Source: Candidatus Komeilibacteria bacterium S5_K13 (lineage in GTDB: Bacteria > Patescibacteriota > Patescibacteriia > UBA1558 > S5-K13). Taken from it: a DNA stretch of 51,538 nt. Below are positions 1 to 8,220 of this stretch, in pieces; within the stretch, counting starts at the first letter, position 1; every line of letters begins with the position of its first letter. Below the pieces are notes generated by a model. The model was not told the origin of the DNA, made no database searches, and saw only the letters and a program-made list of their open reading frames with translations. The DNA is taken from assembly GCA_019248485.1 (NCBI GenBank), contig JAEHGL010000003.1, positions 1-51,538 on the forward strand. The letters are read 5' to 3'. A program made the position numbers and the translations under genes.

Positions 1-309
1 AATGTTTTGTTTACCATATGAACCCTTTTCTGCATAAATTTTTTGCAACAAATTTTTGGCTAATTTTTCATAATTAACAAAAAAATTTATGTAAGGACCT
101 GCAATATTTATACTCTTTATGAAGCTTGGTTTTTTTATCACGCACGCTAATTCTTTTGCTATTTCAGGTCCAGATTTTTTCATTGTTTTTGACAACTCAA
201 AACACGGAAAAGCAAAATCTCCCAAATCTCTATTCGGCGGAATTTCTATTATAGGGTTTTTGATTCCAGTATATTGTTCTATTAATTTTTTTATTTTTTC
301 TTGAAACAT
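1..309 (-). CDS. argS: Arginine--tRNA ligase, N-terminal 103 aa (runs off the window start; absent from the ORF track)
   Basis: Manual translation from ATG at 309: MFQEKIKKLIEQYTGIKNPIIEIPPNRDLGDFAFPCFELSKTMKKSGPEIAKELA...AGPYINFFVN. The EIPP..GDFAFPCF..K..P..IA..LA...GPYINF pattern matches the ArgRS N-terminal domain; the frame is open to base 1. Confidence 0.88.
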   Translation of the reverse strand, partial: MFQEKIKKLIEQYTGIKNPIIEIPPNRDLGDFAFPCFELSKTMKKSGPEIAKELACVIKKPSFIKSINIAGPYINFFVNYEKLAKNLLQKIYAEKGSYGKQNI

Positions 310-312
310 AGA

Positions 313-360
313 CTAGGGTTTAGTTATTAGAGTTTAGTATTTTATTCTAAATTCAAAATT
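313..360. repeat. Degenerate 7-bp TTAG-core tandem repeat followed by a short CTAA-type inverted arm
   Basis: TAG at 314, 321, 328 and 335 (period 7), then attctaaattcaaa. Lies between the GT4 stop and the argS start. Confidence 0.6.
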
Positions 361-362
361 CA

Positions 363-1544
363 TCATTTAAAATTAACTATGTGTTCCATCATTTGATCTA
401 CTTTTTTCTTCCACGTATGTTCTTTTATTAAATCTAATCTTGCCTGAACTTTTTCTTGAGAATTACTTATTAATTCTTCGTTAATGCACGAATTAAATCT
501 TTCAAAATCATTTGCAACACTTACAACATCCTTAAATTGCTCTACTCCTGGGGCATCCGTTGTCACAACCGAAATCCCACATGCTAAATATTCATATAAT
601 TTCATAGGGCAGGTATATTTTATAAAGTCATTTATATAATGCGGAATTATTCCGACATCAAATCTACTTATATAATCTGGCGCTTCAACATATTCCTTTG
701 CGCCTAAAAGATAAATGTTTGAAAATTTACTAAGTCTTTCTTCATCTTCTTTTTTCCAAATTGGACCAACGAGCACAATTGATTTATCCAAATTTTTTTT
801 AGCAACATACTCAACCATATCAAGATTAACTCTATTTTCTTGAATAATGCCAAGATATCCAATGATTGGTCTTGAAATTTTTGCTATATCGTTATTTATA
901 AGCTTGCTTTTATTTGCATAATGAGCAAGATCAATACCCTGGGTAATGTGATATACCTTATCTACTCTTGGATAAAACATTTTTTCACTTGCCTCAGATA
1001 AAACAAATATTATATTTGCTCTATCTCTTATTGTTTTATAATTTTCCTCTATTTTTGTTTTAATTTTTTTGTAACTTGCATGTTCTGCCCAATTATCAAC
1101 GGTATCAAAAACAGAGATATCATAGTCTATAGAATCAAAATAATCTGTATTTATTGGATAATAAGACCATAAGACAATATTTTTATAATCTTCTTTTATT
1201 AAATAATCATTTATTTCTTTAAAACATTTTTTGTAATTAAAAATATTTTTTACAGTCGAGTAAACATAAACGTTTTCTTCTGGGCTATATATTTTTGTAT
1301 GTAGAGTTGATCTAATTGTTTTTCCTATATTATTCAAAAATATATTCTCCTTCCAATTACGAAGCGCTCTTTTTTTAGTCTGAGGCAAATAATCAATGAG
1401 AAGTATTCTATTTACAAGGTTATTAGATTTCAAAGAATTAAAAACCTGAAAATTTCTGTTACTGACACCCCTTTCCCAATCTGTATAACTAGACATGCAA
1501 AACATTACAATATCAAATTTTTTATCTTTTTTTATCATAAACAA
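363..1544 (-). CDS. Glycosyltransferase, GT4/GT-B family
   Basis: C-terminal GT-B motifs IIGYLGII, LLGAKEY, FDVGIIP, CPMKLYEYLACGISVV. The start may be the second Met (ATGA overlap with the upstream gene). Confidence 0.9.
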   Translation of the reverse strand: MFMIKKDKKFDIVMFCMSSYTDWERGVSNRNFQVFNSLKSNNLVNRILLIDYLPQTKKRALRNWKENIFLNNIGKTIRSTLHTKIYSPEENVYVYSTVKNIFNYKKCFKEINDYLIKEDYKNIVLWSYYPINTDYFDSIDYDISVFDTVDNWAEHASYKKIKTKIEENYKTIRDRANIIFVLSEASEKMFYPRVDKVYHITQGIDLAHYANKSKLINNDIAKISRPIIGYLGIIQENRVNLDMVEYVAKKNLDKSIVLVGPIWKKEDEERLSKFSNIYLLGAKEYVEAPDYISRFDVGIIPHYINDFIKYTCPMKLYEYLACGISVVTTDAPGVEQFKDVVSVANDFERFNSCINEELISNSQEKVQARLDLIKEHTWKKKVDQMMEHIVNFK

Positions 1545-2656
1545 TTTTCTAATTTTTTATATATATCTTCCCACAAAAAATTATTCATAATTCTTCTATG
1601 TGCATTTTCTCCCAATTCCTTACTAAATACCTCATCATTTAACAAGTATAAAATTGCCTCTTTTGCCCCCCTTGGGCTATTTTCATCTATTAAAATACCT
1701 GTCTTTCCATCTTGAATTGCTTCTGATCCCCCACCCACTATAGAAGCTATTGATGGTTTTTTAAATATTCCAGCCTCAAGATAAACTATTCCGAAACCCT
1801 CTACATCATCCTTACTTGTATGGCTAACCATTGCAAAAATATTTGATATATCATAAAAATAAGGTAAATCTTGATTTTCTATATTTTCTAAAAATAAGAT
1901 ACTGCTCTCTAAATTTAAATTTCTTACTTTTTGTTTTAAATATTCTAAATTTTCACCAGATCCTATTATTAAATATCTAAAATCCACAATATCTTGATCT
2001 TGTTTAATTAAATTTATTGCATCAATAATAAGTTCATGATTTTTTCTCTTTATAACTCTTCCAACAGATAAAACAATCTTTTTATTTTGTAAATTATATT
2101 TATTTATAATTTCTTGTTTTCTGTTTTTATCAATATCAGAAAAATATTTATTAATTCCAGGATAAAGCAATAATATTTTATTGGCTCCAAGTGATTTAAT
2201 AATCTCCATTACTAATCCTGATGTAGTTTTACTATTTACAGTAACAAATTCTGCATTTTTTAAAATCAACTTCGCAAGAACTTTTTTTCTTATACTACTT
2301 GACGCTAATTTTATATCAAATCCATGAAGCGATACAAAATATGGTACCTTAAAAAATATTTTTATTAAAAATGCACAAACGCCAAGTGGTAAAATATTTC
2401 CTACCCAAATGATTTCTATTTTCTCTTTTTTCACTAATCTATATAACTCTACGCAAGACTTAATCCACCTTGGCCAAATAAATTTATATAACAAATTTTT
2501 ATAGACAAGCTTAAACTCTTGATGTGTTTCTGACTTTACATGAGAAAGAACAATTATTTTATCTTTTGGAAACAATTTAACTAAATTATAATAATAATTA
2601 CTAATGCCACCCATATTTGGCCAAAAATCAAGAGTTATAAGAAGAGTTTTTTTCAT
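1535..2656 (-). CDS. Glycosyltransferase, GT4 family
   Basis: DFWPNMGGISNY N-terminus; VGRVIKRKN; EGFGIVYLEAG donor-binding motif; GGGSEAIQDGKTG. Confidence 0.92.
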   Translation of the reverse strand: MKKTLLITLDFWPNMGGISNYYYNLVKLFPKDKIIVLSHVKSETHQEFKLVYKNLLYKFIWPRWIKSCVELYRLVKKEKIEIIWVGNILPLGVCAFLIKIFFKVPYFVSLHGFDIKLASSSIRKKVLAKLILKNAEFVTVNSKTTSGLVMEIIKSLGANKILLLYPGINKYFSDIDKNRKQEIINKYNLQNKKIVLSVGRVIKRKNHELIIDAINLIKQDQDIVDFRYLIIGSGENLEYLKQKVRNLNLESSILFLENIENQDLPYFYDISNIFAMVSHTSKDDVEGFGIVYLEAGIFKKPSIASIVGGGSEAIQDGKTGILIDENSPRGAKEAILYLLNDEVFSKELGENAHRRIMNNFLWEDIYKKLENCL

Positions 2657-2720
2657 CTTTATTAAAAAAGTTCTTTATTAAGGACATTTTAATTATATCA
2701 CACCAAAAATCTTTAAACTA

Positions 2721-2749
2721 TTGACAAATGAAAAATTTATTGTTAATAT
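2721..2749 (+). promoter_or_regulatory. Sigma70-type promoter driving the putative ncRNA
   Basis: TTGACA (2721-2726), 17-nt spacer, TAATAT (2744-2749). Confidence 0.65.
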
Positions 2750-2755
2750 ATCGAT

Positions 2756-2966
2756 AATTAAGGGCTTCATATCCTCCTTATCTAACAGAAGCCCTAAGCC
2801 AGGTCATAGAAAAAAAGATCCAAAAGGCTGGATTAATCTATGACCAAGAAGATACACAGACTTACATGGAGAGGCTATTATACTGCAAATTGTGGTTAAA
2901 GAGACTCTTCGCACCCCCTAACGTTTGTGCTATTCGTGGGGCTCTAATCCAGGGGCCCCATTTTTT
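2756..2966 (+). ncRNA. Unidentified structured non-coding RNA (about 205 nt)
   Basis: GC-enriched intergenic island between a consensus promoter and an intrinsic terminator. Helices: agggcttc/gaagccct (2761-2768/2788-2795), ggtcataga/tctatgacc (2802-2810/2837-2845) with inner atcca/tggat, and gcac/gtgc. No known RNA family recognised. Confidence 0.55.
2937..2966 (+). terminator. Rho-independent terminator
   Basis: tggggct-N10-ggcccca stem followed directly by TTTTTTGTTTT. Confidence 0.75.
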
Positions 2967-3011
2967 GTTTTCAAAATTATTTATCTTTTTCATCCTCACT
3001 ACATCTTTATG

Positions 3012-3020
3012 TGATATAAT
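3012..3020 (+). promoter_or_regulatory. Extended -10 promoter element (probably leaderless transcript)
   Basis: TGnTATAAT ending 6 nt before the ATG at 3027. Confidence 0.5.
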
Positions 3021-3026
3021 ATATAT

Positions 3027-4046
3027 ATGCAAAAAGCTTTATTATATAAACAATCAAAAAACAATAGCGTTCAATGTGAGCTATGTAATCATTTCTGTAG
3101 AATAGATAATAATTGCATTGGTTTTTGTGGTGCCAGAAAAAACATAGGCGGAATATTATATTCTCTTAATTACAATAAACTAGTAGCTCTCAATTCTGAT
3201 CCTATTGAAAAAAAACCATTTTTTCATTATATGCCAGACTCTCTTACATATTCAATATCCGCTATGGGCTGTAATTTTTCATGCCTTAATTGTCAAAACT
3301 GGCAGATATCTCAACTCAATAAAATAGAACGCCTTGACGAACAATTCCCTGGGAAAAACATAAATCCTAAAAAGATTATTGATTTAGCAAGAAAAGAAAA
3401 ATGTCTTTCTATTTCATATACATATACAGAACCAACTGTTTTTTTGGAGACCGCACTTCCCATAATGAAGCTCGGATCTAAAAACGGTCTCAAAAATCTT
3501 TGGGTATCAAATGGATTTATGAGTCGTAGTTGTCTTGATTTAATTATTCCATATCTAGATGCCATAAATATAGATCTCAAATTTTTTAGTGAGACAAAAT
3601 ACAAAAAAATAGCAAACGCCTCTTTAAAACCAATATTAGATAATTTAAAATATCTAAAATCAAAAAAGATATTTATAGAAATAACGACACTTCTTATTCC
3701 CGGAGAAACAAATACCAACAAACAACTAGAAAAAATAGCTAGGTTTATATATACAAATATTGGAAAAAATACTCCTTGGCATATCTCTGCTTTTTCTCCA
3801 GAAATTTCATATAAATTACTTTCCAAAAAGGCTAGCTCAATGGAAGAATTAGAAGTAGCTTATCAAATTGGTAAAAATGCAGGGCTAGAATTTGTATATC
3901 TTGGAAATGTTGCATCAGACACAAGAGAAAATACATATTGCCCCAAATGTGGATTTCTAAACATAGAAAGACAAGGATATATCATAACTCGCGACGACAA
4001 CAGTGGACTTTGTCAAAACTGCAATTATAATCTAAATATACTATGA
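3027..4046 (+). CDS. amrS: AmmeMemoRadiSam system radical SAM enzyme (PFL-activase-like)
   Basis: N-terminal CELCNHFC...CGAR; DPIEKKPFFH; radical SAM motif CNFSCLNCQNWQISQ; YTYTEP; NIDLK; C-terminal TYCPKCG...CQNC. Confidence 0.93.
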   Translation: MQKALLYKQSKNNSVQCELCNHFCRIDNNCIGFCGARKNIGGILYSLNYNKLVALNSDPIEKKPFFHYMPDSLTYSISAMGCNFSCLNCQNWQISQLNKIERLDEQFPGKNINPKKIIDLARKEKCLSISYTYTEPTVFLETALPIMKLGSKNGLKNLWVSNGFMSRSCLDLIIPYLDAINIDLKFFSETKYKKIANASLKPILDNLKYLKSKKIFIEITTLLIPGETNTNKQLEKIARFIYTNIGKNTPWHISAFSPEISYKLLSKKASSMEELEVAYQIGKNAGLEFVYLGNVASDTRENTYCPKCGFLNIERQGYIITRDDNSGLCQNCNYNLNIL

Positions 4047-5473
4047 TAAAAAAAATAATTTCAATACTAGTAATAGTTGTTTCTATTTTATTTATAAAAA
4101 CCACAAAATCACAATGGTTTGATCCTGATTTTAATCCAAGCTATATCATATCCGACTTTGAACTTACAGATTATTCTTCTATGAATATTAATGATATTAG
4201 ATACTTCTTAAATCAAAATAATGGCGTCTTAAAAAAATATACGCTAAAAAATCCTCAAAATGGAAAAATTGTTGATGCCTCTGAAGTTATCTACAGCGCA
4301 GCAAAACAATACAAAATCAATCCAAAATATTTATTAGTATTACTACAAAAAGAACAGAGCCTTATAACAGATCCCAACCCCTCTCAAAAACAACTTGATT
4401 GGGCAACTGGATATGCCGTCTGTGATTCTTGTCTTATGACAGATGATGAAATACAAAAATACAAAGGCTTTTATAATCAAGTCACCAATGCTGCCAAGAG
4501 AAACAGATTTTATATAGATAATGGAAAAACTTCGTGGTTTTTTCAAGTTCAAAAATATTACAACATTGATGGCGAAAGCATTTCTCCAATAAATCAAGCA
4601 ACGGCAAATTTATACAACTATACTCCTCACATAAACGGTAATTATAATTTCTGGAAAATATGGCAAAAATGGTTTGCAAAAAAATATCCAAATGGGTCAA
4701 TCGTAAAAGAAAATGGATCAAATACAATTTGGCTTATTGAAAATGACACAAAAAGACCCTTTATAACATGGGCATCCTTTATAAGTAGATATAAAAAAAG
4801 TGATATAATAAATGTAAATCATAACGATCTCACACAATATCCTATAGGACTATCTATAAATTTTGAAAACTATTCTTATCTCAAAACTCCTGATAAAAAA
4901 ATATACTTATTAGACAACGACAAATTAAAAGAATTTGAATCAAGCGAGGTGAGTCGTTATTTTGGAGTAAATCCAGAAGAAATAACTGATATAACCTGGG
5001 AAGATTTTTATTATTATGGACTTGGTGATAAAATTACTATGAAAAGCACATATCCGAGCGGGGCTCTTGTGGAAAATAAAGACGATAAAAAACTATATTA
5101 TGTAAAAAATGGATATAAACATGAAATACAAGACCCGCAAATACTTATTACAAATTTTCCAAATCAATTTAAACTAGTTTTATCAAAAGATGAAATAACA
5201 AGTCTAGAAGATGCCGAACCGATTAAATTCAAAGATGGAACTTTAATTAAATCCAAAAATAATAATTCCGTATTTATGGTATCTGATGGCAAAATAAAAG
5301 AAATAAAAAATGAAAAAAGCTTTAATGATCTTGGATACAAATGGGATAATATAATAACCATAAACGAAAATCTTCTAAAACAATATAGCATATCAGAAGC
5401 AATAGATATAAAACCAGAAGAAATTAAATCTGAGGACCTTCTTCCAGAAAATAAAACCGAAAAACCACTATGA
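4043..5473 (+). CDS. Secreted/surface protein: signal peptide, lysozyme-like (glucosaminidase/hemagglutinin-type) domain, four C-terminal repeats
   Basis: Hydrophobic N-terminus; INPKYLLVLLQKEQSLI...WATGYAVCDSC...NLYNYTPH; repeats of the form G.L(I/V)K....(I/V)(Y/W)L(I/V)..g.K..(F/I). Confidence 0.6.
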   Translation: MIKKIISILVIVVSILFIKTTKSQWFDPDFNPSYIISDFELTDYSSMNINDIRYFLNQNNGVLKKYTLKNPQNGKIVDASEVIYSAAKQYKINPKYLLVLLQKEQSLITDPNPSQKQLDWATGYAVCDSCLMTDDEIQKYKGFYNQVTNAAKRNRFYIDNGKTSWFFQVQKYYNIDGESISPINQATANLYNYTPHINGNYNFWKIWQKWFAKKYPNGSIVKENGSNTIWLIENDTKRPFITWASFISRYKKSDIINVNHNDLTQYPIGLSINFENYSYLKTPDKKIYLLDNDKLKEFESSEVSRYFGVNPEEITDITWEDFYYYGLGDKITMKSTYPSGALVENKDDKKLYYVKNGYKHEIQDPQILITNFPNQFKLVLSKDEITSLEDAEPIKFKDGTLIKSKNNNSVFMVSDGKIKEIKNEKSFNDLGYKWDNIITINENLLKQYSISEAIDIKPEEIKSEDLLPENKTEKPL

Positions 5474-6279
5474 CAAAAATAAAAACAATACTAATACCAC
5501 ATAATCCACTTATTATCTCAAAAATTGGGGGCAAATATTCCGAAAATCTTAAATCATCCATGGAGGCCATAAAAAAACTTAGACAATCCATATACGAGTT
5601 TAGACCAAAAAAGATATTTATTATTACCCCGCCAATAAAAGACCTACAAAATATTTCAATACACCAAAAAGATAAATATCATATTAACCTAAAAGAGTTT
5701 GGTGATTTATCTATGGAATTTGAGGTTCTTGGTGATATGGATTATTCTACAAGATTAAAATACTTTTTAAGAAAAAATAATTTTGATATAAATATATTTT
5801 CAGGTGAAAAAACAGACTATCAAAGTTTTGTCCCATTATACTATTTAAATCAGTTTCATATATCTTCAAAAGGCTTTGAAAATGAACTCAAAAAAGATGA
5901 ATCACTAAAATCAGAATTTATCATAATTCACTCTTCAAACTGTTCGATTAATCATCATCTCAAATTCGGAGAATTGTTGTATGAATTTTTAAGAGAAACA
6001 AAAGACAATATTTTAATAATAGCTTGCGGTGATTTTGCAAAAAAATCAGCTCATGAGGAAAATGAGGATTTACCAAAATTAAGCTACAAAATAATAGACC
6101 TAATCAAGTCCAAAAATTTTAATGAAATAATAAGTCTAAGCAAAGAATTAAAAAATGGCTATCCGTGGATAAAACCATTTTCATCTATCATTCCATTTAT
6201 AGACAAAACAAAAAAAAGGCCCGTAGTCTTGGCACTAGACAAAGAATTTCAAGAAATGTATATTACAATAGAATTTTAA
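5470..6279 (+). CDS. LigB/Memo-like (class III extradiol dioxygenase fold) protein, degenerate active site
   Basis: IPHNPLIISKIG N-terminus; RPKKIFIITP; DYQSFVPLYYL; IIACGDF. These align to the family motifs PHPP, ISPH, DHG..VPL.FL and ASGDLSH. Confidence 0.7.
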   Translation: MTKIKTILIPHNPLIISKIGGKYSENLKSSMEAIKKLRQSIYEFRPKKIFIITPPIKDLQNISIHQKDKYHINLKEFGDLSMEFEVLGDMDYSTRLKYFLRKNNFDINIFSGEKTDYQSFVPLYYLNQFHISSKGFENELKKDESLKSEFIIIHSSNCSINHHLKFGELLYEFLRETKDNILIIACGDFAKKSAHEENEDLPKLSYKIIDLIKSKNFNEIISLSKELKNGYPWIKPFSSIIPFIDKTKKRPVVLALDKEFQEMYITIEF

Positions 6280-7100
6280 TCTCTTTTTGAAGATGGACAA
6301 TTTAGAGGATATACCTTTCCTCTATTTTTTTTCACATAATAAAGCCAACTTTTGATATGCGCTCTTGTCAATTTATTAAATAAAATTGAAAATAATACAT
6401 TAGTTTTGTTTCTTGAGGCTTGTTGATGTAAATGGATGGCAGAAACAGCGCCTAAATAATACACCGAGTATCCCGACTCCCACATCCTTCTACAAACGTC
6501 TATATCTTCTAAATATAAAAATATTCCTTCATCAAAATAATTAATATTTTCATAGTTCTTTTTTCTCGTCATATAACACGACCCCATTACCCAATCAACC
6601 TCTTGAGTAGACTCGTGATTTATGTCTCTCATCAGAAAATCATCTAACCATTTTTTACCTACACTTGTTTTTGATAAAATAGTCCTTCTAAACAAGGGGT
6701 AAAAAATATTTGGAAATCTAAAACAAGTTTCTTGAAGCGTAGAGTCTCCATTTATAAGGCGTGGGGCAACAATTCCAATTCTCTCATGATTTTTCAAAAA
6801 ATTATACATATACTCAATAGTACTTTTTGATATCCTAATATCTGGATTTAAAATCAAAATATACTCACCCTTAGCTTGTTTTATAGCCACGTTATTACCA
6901 GCGCCACAACCCTTATTTGATCCTGCTTGAATAAACCTAACCCCATCAAACTCTTTCATTACAATAGCTATATTATCGTGGGAATCATTATCGACAACAA
7001 TAATTTCTGATTCAAAAGAAAAATTATAAGAAGTCAATTCTTTTAATTGATATTTTATCAGATTTGCTAATTTGTAATTTAATATTATGATTGACAACAT
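6276..7100 (-). CDS. Glycosyltransferase, GT2 family
   Basis: LSIIILNY; VVDNDSHD; NKGCGAGNN; LILNPD; DWVMGSC; FDEGIFLYLEDIDVCRR. Confidence 0.92.
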   Translation of the reverse strand: MLSIIILNYKLANLIKYQLKELTSYNFSFESEIIVVDNDSHDNIAIVMKEFDGVRFIQAGSNKGCGAGNNVAIKQAKGEYILILNPDIRISKSTIEYMYNFLKNHERIGIVAPRLINGDSTLQETCFRFPNIFYPLFRRTILSKTSVGKKWLDDFLMRDINHESTQEVDWVMGSCYMTRKKNYENINYFDEGIFLYLEDIDVCRRMWESGYSVYYLGAVSAIHLHQQASRNKTNVLFSILFNKLTRAHIKSWLYYVKKNRGKVYPLNCPSSKRD

Positions 7101-7103
7101 ATG

Positions 7104-7190
7104 CTAGTGTTTAGAGTTTAGTATTTAGAGTTTAGTTTTAGCACGGCTATTATGTGATTTACATAAATAACTAAATACTAAACCCTAACA
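7104..7190. repeat. 7-bp TTAG tandem repeat with inverted CTAA arm (long hairpin)
   Basis: gtttagtatttag (7116-7128) is the exact reverse complement of ctaaatactaaac (7171-7183); inner tatgt/acata hairpin. Confidence 0.8.
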
Positions 7191-7199
7191 ACTGATTAA

Positions 7200-8216
7200 C
7201 TATTTATACCATTTATAAAGTTCCTTACTTCTAACCTTCACAATATTTCTAAAAATATATTTTCTTTTCTTAAACATTTTTTTGTATTTATCACGACTCT
7301 TCCAAAAAAATTTTAGCGTAGCTCTTTCATACAACAACATATAAATAAACTTTTTAAATTCATATACACAAATTGGAAAGAAACATCTGATAAAATTAAT
7401 TGCAAATTCATTTTTAACCAGCAAATAAATATGATTTCTATAAGAATACTCATTTACCCAAGAAGATTTAGTTTTTCTATTTTCTATTTCACTAAGTCCG
7501 CCACGAACAGATCTGTCATGATAACAAATAACATTTGCTAAATAATAACTTTTATATCCAGCAAGACGGAGCCTAAAAGCCAAATCAACATCTTCCTTAT
7601 AACTAAAAAAATCTTCATCAAAATATTCATTATCAATTTTTACATCTTCTAGCGCTTTCTTTAAATATATTGGGCAAGCACCAGATGGACCAAATATTTC
7701 CATATCACTAGAAAATTCAGCCGAATCTTGTTTGAGCTGTCCATAATCTATTACTCTATGATTTTTAAAAACCCTAAATCCACAAGTATCTATAATATTT
7801 GTCTTTCCATTTTTATGAGCATTATACGGATCATGATTATCAAATTTCCATTGATATAGTTTTGGCTCTATTGATCCAATCTCGTCTTTGATATCAGAGT
7901 TATCTAAAAAATAAAATAAATTATCTAAAAAATCAGGCTCAATAATCATATCTTGATTGAGGCACATTATATAATCCGACTTTGCCCAATTCATTAATCT
8001 ATTATGAGCTTTTGCAAAGCCAATATTTTCTTTATTTATAATTACTTTAAATTGAGGAAAATATTTATTTATCACAGCTACCGTATTATCATTTGAGCCA
8101 TTGTCCATTATATTGAGCTCAAAATCTTTGAAATTTTGATTTAAAACAGAATTAATACAATGTTTAATGTATTTTTCTCCGTTCCATGTAACTAAGTTTA
8201 TACTTATTCTAGACAT
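7200..8216 (-). CDS. Glycosyltransferase, GT2 family
   Basis: ISINLVTWN; MDNGSND; NIGFAKAHN; CLNQD; FDEDFFSYKEDVDLAFR. Confidence 0.92.
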   Translation of the reverse strand: MSRISINLVTWNGEKYIKHCINSVLNQNFKDFELNIMDNGSNDNTVAVINKYFPQFKVIINKENIGFAKAHNRLMNWAKSDYIMCLNQDMIIEPDFLDNLFYFLDNSDIKDEIGSIEPKLYQWKFDNHDPYNAHKNGKTNIIDTCGFRVFKNHRVIDYGQLKQDSAEFSSDMEIFGPSGACPIYLKKALEDVKIDNEYFDEDFFSYKEDVDLAFRLRLAGYKSYYLANVICYHDRSVRGGLSEIENRKTKSSWVNEYSYRNHIYLLVKNEFAINFIRCFFPICVYEFKKFIYMLLYERATLKFFWKSRDKYKKMFKKRKYIFRNIVKVRSKELYKWYK

Positions 8217-8220
8217 TATA

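Noticed and set aside
119-304. 61-aa plus-strand ORF in the track
   Set aside because: It is the antisense shadow of the argS 5' fragment found on the minus strand (309 to 1).
2780-2915. RNase P RNA-like words on the minus strand (gaagagtc, cctggctta)
   Set aside because: The two segments cannot form the P4 helix and do not match GAGGAAAGUCC or ACAGAA consensus.
2868-2960. Possible tRNA or tmRNA (GC-rich, ends in CCA)
   Set aside because: No T-loop (TTCRA) or D-arm pattern and no tmRNA 5' GGGG..TTCGAC signature. The 3' end is better explained as a terminator hairpin.
2866-3105. 79-aa ORF
   Set aside because: It overlaps the structured RNA, its terminator and the amrS start, and has no recognisable protein features.
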